From an uncultured Clostridia bacterium (lineage in GTDB: Bacteria > Bacillota > Clostridia > Oscillospirales > CAG-272), in contig CANPZU010000002.1 in NCBI GenBank assembly GCA_947588825.1, forward strand, positions 12,750 to 76,749: a DNA stretch of 64,000 nt, given 5' to 3'. Under the pieces are notes generated by a model, which saw only the letters and a list, made by a program, of their open reading frames with translations, did no database searches and was not told where the DNA came from. A program made the translations under genes and the position numbers. This document shows, one piece after another, positions 23,601 through 33,328 of this stretch (position 1 is the first letter of the stretch; every line of letters begins with the position of its first letter).

Positions 23601-24890
23601 ATGAACGAATTTTTTGACAATATACCCGAATACGGCAAAGGCGTTCTTTCCCCTTACGTATACAACGTAGGGTGCGGGATGGAGAGCGACCTTGAACCCG
23701 ACAACGCGGCAGACTCCGACTGTTTTTTGCGTATTGTAAGCGACACGAATGAGAAAGAGTACCTTGAGTATATAAAAAGGCTCAAAGAAGCGGGATATAA
23801 GATCGTATATGAAAACAAAATAGGGAGCAACCTTTACACGGAGCTTTTAGGGGATTACCATCTATATGTGTACTACACTGCCCCGCGCGGCGAGGTACGC
23901 ATAATAATCGATCGGTGTTCTTCGCTCCTTTCCTCTTTCTCGTATTCTCTTCCGGACAGCAAGGACGCTCAGATATACCAGTACGCGCTCTTTTACGACC
24001 CTCAAAACGGGCACTCACCAACGACCACAAACTGCGGAATGCTCTTTATCGTGCGCCTTTGCGACAACAGCCTGTACATGTACGACGGAGGGGACCTGCT
24101 CCAATGCTCAAACGAAGCAATAAACGGCATGATATCCTTTATGCACGAGATAACCTCCACACAAAAGGGTGAAAAGATAAGAATTGCCGCATGGCACATC
24201 TCGCACGCTCACAACGACCACATGGACGGCTGCTCGAAACTGATAAACCGATTTCACGACGAACTTGATATAAAGCGGTTTATGTTCAACTTCCCTTCGA
24301 GCTCGGTAAGAAAGCCGGACAGCCGCTGCGGCACGTTCAAGGAAACAATAAACAAATACTGTCCCGACGCTTTGTTTATAAAGCCGCACACAGGTCAAAA
24401 GATACGGCTTGCAAACGCGAGCTTTGAGGTTCTTTACACTCATGAGGACGCGATACGTCCAAACCTTGAGAGCGCGTACCCGTTTAGGGACTACAATTGC
24501 ACCTCAACGATTCTGAAAATGACAGTTGGGGAAAACAGCGTCATGTGGCTTGGAGATACCAACACCGAGACTGAAGAGACGGTCGCGCGAAACTTCCCGA
24601 CAAGCATTTGGAAGTCGGACGTCGTGCAGGTCGCCCACCACTGCTTTAACTATCTGAGCACTCTTTACTCTTACATTGACGCGCCGCACGCCATGCTCCC
24701 CAACAGCTATTTCGGCGCTCACACGCCCGAGAATCTGCCCAAGCTTGACGATGTGTTGAAATGCCTGAGCGACCCGGACAACATCTCATATTCCGATACC
24801 ACCTCGGGCTTTGCCTTTATCGACGGCGAGTACTCAAAGATACTTGAGCGCGAAAGGGTGGGTAACGACTACGATTTTTCGGGCTTTTGA
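23601..24890 (+). CDS. Metallo-beta-lactamase-fold protein with N-terminal extra domain
   Basis: 429 aa with HISHAHNDHMDG (HxHxDH motif). Confidence 0.6.
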   Translation: MNEFFDNIPEYGKGVLSPYVYNVGCGMESDLEPDNAADSDCFLRIVSDTNEKEYLEYIKRLKEAGYKIVYENKIGSNLYTELLGDYHLYVYYTAPRGEVRIIIDRCSSLLSSFSYSLPDSKDAQIYQYALFYDPQNGHSPTTTNCGMLFIVRLCDNSLYMYDGGDLLQCSNEAINGMISFMHEITSTQKGEKIRIAAWHISHAHNDHMDGCSKLINRFHDELDIKRFMFNFPSSSVRKPDSRCGTFKETINKYCPDALFIKPHTGQKIRLANASFEVLYTHEDAIRPNLESAYPFRDYNCTSTILKMTVGENSVMWLGDTNTETEETVARNFPTSIWKSDVVQVAHHCFNYLSTLYSYIDAPHAMLPNSYFGAHTPENLPKLDDVLKCLSDPDNISYSDTTSGFAFIDGEYSKILERERVGNDYDFSGF

Positions 24891-24947
24891 GCTGCAAAAC
24901 AAAAAACACCGCACAATAGCAAAACAGCAAAGGAAAAAGGCTGAAAA

Positions 24948-25670
24948 ATGGAAGAACAGACATACAAATTCAAGGACAAGGTAGCAATAGTCACGGGAGG
25001 CGCAAGGGGGATCGGTCGGTGCATTGCCGAGGAATTCGGCAAAGAAGGCGCTAAGGTTGGAATCATCGATCTGCTTGACAATAATTATTTTATCGGCGAT
25101 ATATCAAAAAAAGAAACTCTCGATGAGTTTGCAAAAAAGGTTATAGAAGACTTCGGACATGTCAATTATATAATAAACAACGCCGCGCCGATTATGCTTG
25201 GGATAGACGAATGCTCATATGAAGAGTTTGAATATGCGCAGCGGGTCGGGGTCACCGCTCCGTTCTACCTCACCAAGCTTTTAAAGGACCATCTCGCGCC
25301 GGGTGCATGCGTGATAAACATTTCCTCAAGCCGCGACCGAATGAGTCAGCCTCAGACAGAAAGCTACAGCGCCGCCAAAGGCGGCATTTCGGCGCTCACG
25401 CACGCAATGGCGATAAGCCTTGCGGGCAGAGCGAGGGTAAACTCAATATCCCCGGGGTGGATAGACACAGGCCGTTCCCGGTACGAAGGGCCGGACGCCC
25501 TGCAGCATCCGGCAAAAAGGATCGGAGACCCCCTTGACATAGCCAATGCGGTGCTTTTTCTCTGCTCGGACAAGGCTTCCTTTATCACGGGGGAAAACAT
25601 CTGCATCGACGGAGGTATGACAAGGCTCATGATATATCACGGTGATAACGGCTGGAAGCTTGACACATAA
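24948..25670 (+). CDS. SDR-family oxidoreductase
   Basis: ..VAIVTGGARGIGRCIA.. (TGxxxGxG) and ..YSAAKGG.. (YxxxK). Confidence 0.85.
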   Translation: MEEQTYKFKDKVAIVTGGARGIGRCIAEEFGKEGAKVGIIDLLDNNYFIGDISKKETLDEFAKKVIEDFGHVNYIINNAAPIMLGIDECSYEEFEYAQRVGVTAPFYLTKLLKDHLAPGACVINISSSRDRMSQPQTESYSAAKGGISALTHAMAISLAGRARVNSISPGWIDTGRSRYEGPDALQHPAKRIGDPLDIANAVLFLCSDKASFITGENICIDGGMTRLMIYHGDNGWKLDT

Positions 25671-25714
25671 ACCGATACGTAATTTATTTAATCGTAATTT
25701 ATAAGGAGACTGCC

Positions 25715-26584
25715 ATGAAATCAAAGGTGTATTTCAGCAAAATAATAACCCCCGAAAAGGTCCTTGACCTTTACAAAACACTTGGGACAAATCTTCCCGG
25801 AAGAGTAGCCATAAAGGTGCACTCGGGCGAGGTTGGCAATCAGAACTTCCTGCGTCCCGATTTTTGGAAAAGCATCGTCGAATATGTCGGCGGAACCGTT
25901 ACCGAGTGCAACACCGCCTATGACGGCGAAAGAAACACGACCCCAAAGCATTTAAGAACGATAGAGCGCCACGGCTGGAACGACTTTTTCAAGGTCGATC
26001 TGCTTGACGCCGAGGGGCCCGACATGGTGCTGAACATCCCCGAGGGCAAGGTGATAAAGAAAAACTACGTCGGCAAAAATCTTGCAAACTACGACTCGCT
26101 GCTTGTGCTCTCGCACTTTAAAGGTCACCCGATGGGAGGATACGGCGGCGCGCTCAAGCAGCTCTCAATAGGACTTGCTTCATCCTACGGCAAGGCGTAT
26201 ATTCACGGCGCAGGAGCGCCCGAAGATATATGGACGGCCGATCACGACAGCTTTCTTGAGGCAATGGCCGACGCGGCCTCTTCGATAGTAAAATATTTTA
26301 ACAAAAGAGCGGTCTATGTCAACGTCATGAAAAACATGTCTGTCGACTGCGACTGTTGCGCCGTAGCGGAGGACCCGTGCATGAAGGACATAGGCATCCT
26401 TATCTCAAACGACCCGGTGGCAATAGACCGCGCCTGCGTGGATTTGATATACGCCGCCAAGGACGATCCCGGGCGTGAGCATCTGCTCGAGCGTATCAAA
26501 AGCCGAAACGGCGAGCATACCATCGACGCCGCCGAAAAGCTCGGCGTCGGTTCCAAGGATTATGAGCTCACGCTCCTGCCGTGA
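25715..26584 (+). CDS. DUF362-domain protein
   Basis: 289 aa. ..LSHFKGHPMGGYGGALKQLSIG.. and a C-terminal Cys cluster (DCDCC) resemble DUF362. Confidence 0.55.
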   Translation: MKSKVYFSKIITPEKVLDLYKTLGTNLPGRVAIKVHSGEVGNQNFLRPDFWKSIVEYVGGTVTECNTAYDGERNTTPKHLRTIERHGWNDFFKVDLLDAEGPDMVLNIPEGKVIKKNYVGKNLANYDSLLVLSHFKGHPMGGYGGALKQLSIGLASSYGKAYIHGAGAPEDIWTADHDSFLEAMADAASSIVKYFNKRAVYVNVMKNMSVDCDCCAVAEDPCMKDIGILISNDPVAIDRACVDLIYAAKDDPGREHLLERIKSRNGEHTIDAAEKLGVGSKDYELTLLP

Positions 26585-26617
26585 GCATACAAAAGAATAT
26601 CATAATCAATGACAAAC

Positions 26618-26656
26618 GGCGGCAAAAGCTAAATCTTATGCCGCCCTATTTATATT
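26618..26656 (+). terminator. Probable terminator after the DUF362 gene
   Basis: GGCGGCA-N14-TGCCGCC followed by CTATTTATATT. Confidence 0.5.
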
Positions 26657-26696
26657 CATCCGCCCTGTTATGTGCTAAGAGCGCTTCGGACATTTT

Positions 26697-26732
26697 CTTT
26701 TGCTTTAAAATGCTCTTTTGCTTTAAAATGCT
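26697..26732. repeat. 18-bp direct repeat x2 (CTTTTGCTTTAAAATGCT)
   Basis: Two exact adjacent units. Confidence 0.8.
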
Positions 26733-26821
26733 CAAAGGCACAGCAGTTCTTTTTACTGCTCCTCAAATGCGGATTATGCGCTTAAAATAAATTCATGGCG
26801 CTTTGAAATCCGAAGGGGGAA

Positions 26822-26875
26822 GGCGCCTCCAAAGCAAAACGCACCCAAAAGGGTGCATTTTGCTTTGGAGGCGCC
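26822..26875 (-). terminator. 25-bp hairpin at the end of the tRNA operon; one arm includes the last 10 nt of tRNA-Cys
   Basis: The minus-strand RNA reads GGCGCCUCCAAAGCAAAAUGCACCC-UUUU-GGGUGCGUUUUGCUUUGGAGGCGCC. The single non-Watson-Crick position is U.G only on the minus strand. Confidence 0.6.
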
Positions 26876-26939
26876 ACCCGGAATCGGACCGGGGATAAAG
26901 GTTTTGCAGACCTCTGCCTTACCGCTTGGCTATGGCGCC
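26866..26939 (-). tRNA. tRNA-Cys (GCA), CCA-encoded, discriminator U73
   Basis: GGCGCCATAGCCAAGCGGTAAGGCAGAGGTCTGCAAAACCTTTATCCCCGGTCCGATTCCGGGTGGCGCCTCCA. Cloverleaf read by eye. Confidence 0.9.
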
Positions 26940-26978
26940 TTTTTTGACAAGAACCACGCAACGCGTGGTTCTTAAAAA

Positions 26979-27054
26979 TGGAGCGGATTACGGGGCTCGA
27001 ACCCGCCACCTCCACCTTGGCAAGGTGGCGCTCTACCAAATGAGCTAAATCCGC
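26979..27054 (-). tRNA. tRNA-Gly (GCC), CCA-encoded
   Basis: GCGGATTTAGCTCATTTGGTAGAGCGCCACCTTGCCAAGGTGGAGGTGGCGGGTTCGAGCCCCGTAATCCGCTCCA. Confidence 0.9.
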
Positions 27055-27092
27055 ATAAGACAGCCGTCGCGCGTCTTAATGACCGCAAACGG

Positions 27093-27168
27093 TGGTGCCT
27101 CCGGTCGGAATCGAACCAACGACACGGGGATTTTCAGTCCCCTGCTCTACCAACTGAGCTACAGAGGC
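27093..27168 (-). tRNA. tRNA-Phe (GAA), CCA-encoded
   Basis: GCCTCTGTAGCTCAGTTGGTAGAGCAGGGGACTGAAAATCCCCGTGTCGTTGGTTCGATTCCGACCGGAGGCACCA. Confidence 0.9.
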
Positions 27169-27196
27169 ATAGAAGTTAAATCTGCTAAAACAAAAA

Positions 27197-27273
27197 TGGC
27201 GACCCGGATGGGGCTCGAACCCACGACCTCTAGCGTGACAGGCTAGCGCTCTAACCAACTGAGCTACCAGGCC
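27197..27273 (-). tRNA. tRNA-Asp (GTC), CCA-encoded
   Basis: GGCCTGGTAGCTCAGTTGGTTAGAGCGCTAGCCTGTCACGCTAGAGGTCGTGGGTTCGAGCCCCATCCGGGTCGCCA. Confidence 0.9.
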
Positions 27274-27279
27274 ATATTA

Positions 27280-27355
27280 TGGTGGGAACAATAGGGCTCG
27301 AACCTATGACCCTCTGCTTGTAAGGCAGATGCTCTCCCAGCTGAGCTATGCTCCC
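27280..27355 (-). tRNA. tRNA-Val (TAC), CCA-encoded
   Basis: GGGAGCATAGCTCAGCTGGGAGAGCATCTGCCTTACAAGCAGAGGGTCATAGGTTCGAGCCCTATTGTTCCCACCA. Confidence 0.9.
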
Positions 27356-27386
27356 GAACGACCCGCGTTTTTCTGCGGCGAATGTT

Positions 27387-27415
27387 ATTATAACACACGC
27401 TTTTACCTTTGTCAA
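27387..27415 (-). promoter_or_regulatory. Promoter of the tRNA operon (TTGACA-17-TATAAT)
   Basis: The minus strand reads TTGACAaaggtaaaagcgtgtgtTATAAT, about 30 nt upstream of tRNA-Val. Confidence 0.65.
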
Positions 27416-27532
27416 TACCTTTAATATATTTTTTTAAATTTTTGGCCGACCTTTTTGCAGCCGTCCGAGTTTTATAAAGACGGTTTATAAAAGGGGGCAC
27501 ACGCCGTGAAACGCACGCCCGGGCGGGAAAAC

Positions 27533-28426
27533 TCAGTCTTTTTTCTCTTCGCTTTCTTTTATTTTGCGATAGTGCTCCACGTCGGCGGCGGTAAAGCGGT
27601 ACTTCATATTGCAGAAGCTGCAGCAAAGCTCAGCTTCCTTCTGCTTTGAAAAAATATCAAAAAGCTCATACGGGCCGAGGGTGCAAAGCGCCTTACCCAT
27701 TCTGTCTCTTGAACAGTCGCACTTATATGTCACCTCATACTGATCAAAAATATCGTAAGGTATCCCCTCAAAGGCGACGGAAGCGATCTCGCTGTTTGTC
27801 ATGCCGCTGTCAAAGAGCGCCGAGGGGCTGCTTATCTTTGCCACATTGCCTTCGATTTTGGATATCGTCTCCTCAAGCGCGAAGGGCAAAAGCTGAATGA
27901 GTATGCCTCCGGCCGCGCGGCAGCTTCCGTCTCCTGAAATCAGCACGCCGAGCGCACAGACTGTCGGTATCTGTTCGCTTTCGGCAAAATACGCGGTTAT
28001 ATCCTCGGCTATCTCGCCGCTCGTTATATCCACAATGCCCACATACGGTTCCTTTTCACCGACATCCTTTACAACGTTAAGAGTCCCTTTGCCCACAGCG
28101 GCTGAAACGTCAAGTTTTCCGTTTGCTTTTCTCGGCAGATCGACGCCGGGATTTTGCACGTATCCCTTTACATTTCCCTTATAGTCGGCGACGGCAAGAA
28201 TATGCCCGCAGGGGCCGTCCCCTCTGAAATTTACCGTTATACTGTTGCCCTTGTCCTTGAGAGACGAGCCCATCATGGAAGCCGCGCTGAGCACCCTTCC
28301 CATGGCGGCTGAGGCGGTGGGACTGCTTTTATGATAATCCATTGCCTTTGCAACTATGTCCTTTGAATTCAAGATCAGCATTTGCGCGGAGCCGTCGCGG
28401 GACATGGCCCGAAGAAGCTTTCCCAT
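27533..28426 (-). CDS. hslO: Redox-regulated chaperone Hsp33
   Basis: 297 aa. The C-terminal zinc centre CDCS..CSFC and the N-terminal ..LRAMSRDGS.. are typical of HslO. Confidence 0.9.
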   Translation of the reverse strand: MGKLLRAMSRDGSAQMLILNSKDIVAKAMDYHKSSPTASAAMGRVLSAASMMGSSLKDKGNSITVNFRGDGPCGHILAVADYKGNVKGYVQNPGVDLPRKANGKLDVSAAVGKGTLNVVKDVGEKEPYVGIVDITSGEIAEDITAYFAESEQIPTVCALGVLISGDGSCRAAGGILIQLLPFALEETISKIEGNVAKISSPSALFDSGMTNSEIASVAFEGIPYDIFDQYEVTYKCDCSRDRMGKALCTLGPYELFDIFSKQKEAELCCSFCNMKYRFTAADVEHYRKIKESEEKKD

Positions 28427-28488
28427 ACTTTATATGTCCTTTCGCGGATCAAAGACCCTTATTACTTATTACTTTTATTTATTATTTA

Positions 28489-29874
28489 TTATCCCTTTTC
28501 AAGCTCGGCTATTAGAGCAAGGCCGACCTTATAAACGTCCCCCGCTCCCATGGTCAGGACAAGGTCGCCCTCCTTAGCCTGCCCGGCGATATGCTTTGCT
28601 ATATCTTCAAAGCTGTCAAATGAAAGTGCCCCGATATCCTGCGCCAGCTTTTGGGAACTGATACCCAAGGTGTCGGTCTCGCGCGCCGCGTATATCCTTG
28701 CAAAAATCACCTTGACACCCTTGTTTACCGCCTCCTTGAAAGTCGACTCAAAGCCCTCGAGAAGGTCACGGGTTCTTGAATAGGTGTGCGGCTGAAAAAC
28801 GCAGTAAATATCATTGTACCCGAGACTCTCGGCGGCCTCAAGCGTGGAGCGGCACTCGGACGGGTGATGCGCGTAATCGTCGAAAATCGAGACGCCCTTT
28901 ATCTCGGCTCTTTTCTCAAAACGTCTTGCCGCCCCCGTAAAGTTTGCCAGCGCCGCCGATATGACCTGCCCGGAAACGCCGTGAGAGTACGCCACCGCGG
29001 CCGCACAGAGAGAATTGTAGACATTGAACCGTCCTATAACCGGCAGATGTATAAGGCAGATCGGTTCTCCCCTGTAAAAGAGCCGATAGCTTCCGCAGCC
29101 GTGATAATAATCAAGCTCCTTTGCCACAAAATCGGCGCTGTCATCCTTAAGAGAAACGGTCACTGTTTCTTTGTCAAAGTCCTTAAGCGCCTTCATGGCG
29201 TTTGCGCTGTCCTTGTTGACAAAAACCCGCCCGGCGTGCGATATCGCCTTTGAAAAAGAATCGATAATATGCTCTAATGACCGAAAATAATCGGTGTGAT
29301 CGAGCTCTATGTTGGTTATAACCGCGTCGGTCGGACAAAAGGAAAGGAAGGAGTCTTTATACTCGCACGCTTCATACACGAATTTTTCCTTGCCGCCCGC
29401 ATGATACGCCCCGCCTATTTCCGGCAGCATCGCACCGCTGGCGATCGTGGGGTCAAGCCCCGCCGTAAGGAAAATGTGCGATATCATGCCTGTGGTGGTC
29501 GTCTTGCCGTGAGTGCCCGACACGCCTATTCTCTCCGTGTAATCGCTCATTATGTACCCGAGATATCTTCCCCTCGGTACAGTCGGTATCCCGAGCTCCC
29601 TTGCTCTTATTAACTCGGGGTTGTCATCTCCCAGGGCCGCCGTGTAAATAAGAAGGTCGCAGGACGGACTTATATTGTCGGGCGAGTGATCGGGGTTTAT
29701 CTTCACGCCCATTTTTTCAAGCCGTATCACGTTTTCATTTCTGCTCCTGTCCGAACCGCTTACCAGACACCCCCGCTCAAGAGCGAAGGCGGCGATAGTG
29801 GACATGCTGATACCGCCTATGCCGGCAAAATACAGCTCCCTGCACTTCGACAGAAATTCATTCGTTAGAGACAT
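28489..29874 (-). CDS. murC: UDP-N-acetylmuramate--L-alanine ligase
   Basis: ..YFAGIGGISMS.., ..GVSGTHGKTTTTGM.. (P-loop), ..DDYAHHP... Confidence 0.93.
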   Translation of the reverse strand: MSLTNEFLSKCRELYFAGIGGISMSTIAAFALERGCLVSGSDRSRNENVIRLEKMGVKINPDHSPDNISPSCDLLIYTAALGDDNPELIRARELGIPTVPRGRYLGYIMSDYTERIGVSGTHGKTTTTGMISHIFLTAGLDPTIASGAMLPEIGGAYHAGGKEKFVYEACEYKDSFLSFCPTDAVITNIELDHTDYFRSLEHIIDSFSKAISHAGRVFVNKDSANAMKALKDFDKETVTVSLKDDSADFVAKELDYYHGCGSYRLFYRGEPICLIHLPVIGRFNVYNSLCAAAVAYSHGVSGQVISAALANFTGAARRFEKRAEIKGVSIFDDYAHHPSECRSTLEAAESLGYNDIYCVFQPHTYSRTRDLLEGFESTFKEAVNKGVKVIFARIYAARETDTLGISSQKLAQDIGALSFDSFEDIAKHIAGQAKEGDLVLTMGAGDVYKVGLALIAELEKG

Positions 29875-30054
29875 ATAATTATTCCTAATGCCTTTCCCAG
29901 TGTATTTGATTGTATAAGATTGTGTAAAGTACGATTTTATTTACAAAATAACTACAGCAAGTTAATGGAAACTTTATATTTCATTTGTTTATATGGGATA
30001 AAATTGATTTATAATTGATCTTAAACGCATGCAAACTAATAAGGAGCAAATAAA

Positions 30055-30345
30055 ATGCAGATAACAGACGTCAAAATAAGGAGACTTTTCATCGGGCGCG
30101 GCGCTCTCAAGGCTTTAGTGTCTGTCACGCTTGATTGGCAGCTTGCCATACATGAAATAAAGATCGTATATGCAAATGACAGATATTTTGTAGTCATGCC
30201 CAGCAAGACGCTCGGCAAAGGCGAACACATAAATTACGTTCATCCCATAAACAGTCAATTCAGAAACCAGCTTGAGGAAACAATCATTGCAGAATACCGT
30301 AGGGCGCTCGATTCATCGATGCAAAACACGGGCACGGGCGATTGA
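30055..30345 (+). CDS. spoVG: Septation protein SpoVG
   Basis: MQITDVKIRRL...LKALVSVTLD..LAIHEIKIV......FVVMPS... RBS is AAGGAG. Confidence 0.9.
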   Translation: MQITDVKIRRLFIGRGALKALVSVTLDWQLAIHEIKIVYANDRYFVVMPSKTLGKGEHINYVHPINSQFRNQLEETIIAEYRRALDSSMQNTGTGD

Positions 30346-30418
30346 GACGCTTAAAAAGGGGATCTTGTCGCTTAAAAAGATTGCCAAAGCCAAGGTCTGC
30401 AAAAAAATATGAGCGCAC

Positions 30419-31945
30419 TCATTCGGCCATGCAGTAAACATTCCATCCTATTCCCTCAGTATATGCGCAGATAACTCCGCTTGACACATCCGAGATGTGC
30501 GTATAGACAAAAGGAAGAACTATATTTCCCTCGGTGTCTATCATTCCCATTGTCCCGTCCTTATAGCCCACCGCCGCGAGTCCCTGAACAAACGGGCGCG
30601 CATAGTCGTATATCGGTTGGGCAATCCAATATCCGTTTATGCTGTAATAGCCGTAAAGGCCGTCCTTTGAAAGAAGGAGCACTCCGTTTGAATAGCCCTC
30701 AAGGGTGTATCCCTCGGGGATATCAAAATACTCTCCCTCCTCGTTTATCAGCTTTGAGACGTCGTTTGCCACGGTATCGTACGAGTTGCTCATTCGGCTG
30801 AGAGCGCGCACGCGTATTCTGAGCCATCCGTTGTCAAAGCCCGAGCTGCCTATTGATTCTATGCCCAAGGTGTCGGGAAGCGCGAAAAAATACTGAACGT
30901 ACATATTGGTTCCGGGAAAAATGTGCCACGCGGTTGAGGCGAGCTGCGACCTTGCCGAGGTGTTTATTATCCTCACCGTGTTGTTTGTGGTGAGCATCAC
31001 TACCGCAAGTCCGTTCTCGGAAAAATTAAAAGCAAAGGCATAGCGCGCGTTTATAAAGCTGCCGCCGTTTTTATAGTTCTCAAAGCGGTACTGATTGTAG
31101 TTTGGCAGGTATCTTACCTCGGTCTTGCCGTTAAAGCGCGCAAGAGGGGAAGCCGGGTAATCGTAAAACAGCTCAACTCTTATCGTGTTTTGCTTGATTG
31201 AGCTGAATTTTTCGCCGTCGAAGGAGTAAAAATTTGAATCCGAGTCTACAAATACCGGCAAATTGTCATAGTTTCTCGCATAATACGGCCTTTTGTCCCC
31301 TATATCGCTTATTATCTCTTTGCCGTCGCAGCCGTGAAGCGCCAAATGAAGCGTCCCTTCCTGGTCAAGACTGCCGACAAGGAGGTATCCCATATACGGC
31401 ACGACCTTAAAGCGCGCGCGAATCTCCTTAGTGCTGTGGGTCACATACGAACCGTCGTCCCGGCTGTACGCTTTGCTGTACGACGTGACAATCTCCGTCC
31501 CTTCGGTAAACTCGTCATAAAGTCCTTTCTTTACGAGCTTTATGACGTTCTTTTCACGATCGTACACTCCCGAGGCGCTTATCTTGTCCGTTTGAGGGTC
31601 ATATGAGGGAACGCTCCCCGCAAGCTTTTCATAAAGTTCAACTCTGCTTTGAAGCGACACCGGGCCTCTGTTTTTGACAAGTCCCTCTATATCGCTGAAA
31701 ATAAGCGCGTCGCGCAGAGAGCTAAGATACCCGTTTTCCTTGCTTGGAGTGTTATTGACATCCGGGTCCTTTGCAGTCGTTGTACCTTTCTCATCGGTTT
31801 CCAAAAGGCTGTCAACCTTGCTTGTGCCGTCTTGATTGTGCTTTTGGTCAAAAAGAGAAACGTATCCCCCGGCCGTAAAAAGCGTAAAAAGGGATGCGGC
31901 AAAAAATAATACGACTGAAACCAAGGATATTACTGTTTTCTTCAC
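30419..31945 (-). CDS. WG-repeat-containing membrane-anchored protein
   Basis: GTG start and an N-terminal TM segment. C-terminal repeats ..GLYGYYSINGYWIAQPIYDYARPFVQGLAAVGYKDGTMGMIDTEGNIVLPFVY.. are WG/KWG-type. Confidence 0.6.
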   Translation of the reverse strand: MKKTVISLVSVVLFFAASLFTLFTAGGYVSLFDQKHNQDGTSKVDSLLETDEKGTTTAKDPDVNNTPSKENGYLSSLRDALIFSDIEGLVKNRGPVSLQSRVELYEKLAGSVPSYDPQTDKISASGVYDREKNVIKLVKKGLYDEFTEGTEIVTSYSKAYSRDDGSYVTHSTKEIRARFKVVPYMGYLLVGSLDQEGTLHLALHGCDGKEIISDIGDKRPYYARNYDNLPVFVDSDSNFYSFDGEKFSSIKQNTIRVELFYDYPASPLARFNGKTEVRYLPNYNQYRFENYKNGGSFINARYAFAFNFSENGLAVVMLTTNNTVRIINTSARSQLASTAWHIFPGTNMYVQYFFALPDTLGIESIGSSGFDNGWLRIRVRALSRMSNSYDTVANDVSKLINEEGEYFDIPEGYTLEGYSNGVLLLSKDGLYGYYSINGYWIAQPIYDYARPFVQGLAAVGYKDGTMGMIDTEGNIVLPFVYTHISDVSSGVICAYTEGIGWNVYCMAE

Positions 31946-32006
31946 TGAGAATCACACTTTCAAATTCAAATTTCAAATAATGAAATAAATAATAAAACAA
32001 CCGATT

Positions 32007-32432
32007 TTACTTGTGGTACTTTCCGCCCTTTATGATGGTAAACGCCCGATATACCTGCTCAAGAAGTATGACGCGCATGAGCTGATGCGGAAAGGTCATT
32101 TTTGAAAAGGAGAGGCGAAGGTCGCACGCGCTCTTGACGCTCTCGGGCAGTCCCTGCGACTCGCCGATTATAAAGCATATTTCGCTTTTTCCGGATACGG
32201 CGATATTTTCGATAAGACCGGCAAGCTCCGGGGAAGAAAGCTCCTTTCCCTCGATGCACAGGGCGATATTGTATGCCGATTTGTCAATGTGCGGGAGCAT
32301 CGGGGCGCCTTCCTTGAGCTCTTTTATTTTGATATTAGCGTAGGCTGTGAGCCTTTTGCCGTATTCCGCGCACGCCTGTCTTAGGTAGCTTTCCTTCAGA
32401 TTTCCGGCGCACAGCACCTTTACCGTAAGCAT
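32007..32432 (-). CDS. rlmH: 23S rRNA (pseudouridine1915-N3)-methyltransferase RlmH
   Basis: 141 aa, SPOUT fold with ..IGESQGLPESV.. and the ..KGGKYHK C-terminus. Confidence 0.88.
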   Translation of the reverse strand: MLTVKVLCAGNLKESYLRQACAEYGKRLTAYANIKIKELKEGAPMLPHIDKSAYNIALCIEGKELSSPELAGLIENIAVSGKSEICFIIGESQGLPESVKSACDLRLSFSKMTFPHQLMRVILLEQVYRAFTIIKGGKYHK

Positions 32433-32462
32433 TTTTCTCCTTGCCGCCTTGTTATTTTACTT

Positions 32463-33245
32463 TTATGTATTGACAAGCAGACTGGGAGAATTTCTGTTTG
32501 CCACAAGCACCCTTGTGCTTATATGCCTGTCGCTCAAGTACTTTTTCACCGTCTTCAGCGCACGGTCGGGAGTGTTGTTGTGCGCGCTCAAATGGGCGAG
32601 CAGGAAGGTGTCCGTTCCTCCCTCAAGCACAAGATACGCGATTATTTTTGCGCACTCGGTATTCTCAAGGTGCCCGTCGGAGGAATTTATCCTCTTTTTT
32701 AAATACATGGGATACGGCCCGTTCTCAAGCATGCTTTTTTCGTAGTTTGCCTCGATGACGATCTTTTCGCAGCCGCAAAGGGACCTTACTATATTTTCGG
32801 TGACATGCCCGATATCGGTCGCCACACCGAATTTACGTTCTCCGATTTTAAAGGTATACCCGACGCTTGCGGCGCTGTCATGCGGAGTTGCAAAGGCCGT
32901 TATCTCTATGTCCTTGATCCTGAGCGAAAATCCCCCGTCGCTCATGCCGAAGATAAGCGAGCGATCGATTTCAGGCGAGAGATACCTCACGCAGCTCTCG
33001 GGCATGTAAACCGGGATCCTGCGGCGCTTTTGTATAACCTCAAGTCCTTTTATATGATCCGTGTGCTCGTGAGTTATAAGTATCGCGTCAATTTTGTCAA
33101 GAGAGGAGCCTACCTCGCAAAGCAGCCTTTCGGTCGCCCTTGCGGAAACTCCCGCGTCGACAAGCAGAGACGTGTCCCCCGAGCTTACGTAAACGCAGTT
33201 GCCGGAGGAGCCGCTTGACAGTGTGTATATTTTGGGTGAGATCAA
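32463..33245 (-). CDS. MBL-fold metallo-hydrolase (YycJ/WalJ-like)
   Basis: ..ILITHEHTDHIKG.. (HxHxDH). 260 aa with a TTG start. Confidence 0.8.
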   Translation of the reverse strand: MISPKIYTLSSGSSGNCVYVSSGDTSLLVDAGVSARATERLLCEVGSSLDKIDAILITHEHTDHIKGLEVIQKRRRIPVYMPESCVRYLSPEIDRSLIFGMSDGGFSLRIKDIEITAFATPHDSAASVGYTFKIGERKFGVATDIGHVTENIVRSLCGCEKIVIEANYEKSMLENGPYPMYLKKRINSSDGHLENTECAKIIAYLVLEGGTDTFLLAHLSAHNNTPDRALKTVKKYLSDRHISTRVLVANRNSPSLLVNT

Positions 33246-33328
33246 TGCAGTTTCTCGCTTTCAATAGTTATTGCGGCGCATGTACGCTTATTTGCCGTAC
33301 TCTTTTGCCTTGCGTTCTTTATTTTGGG

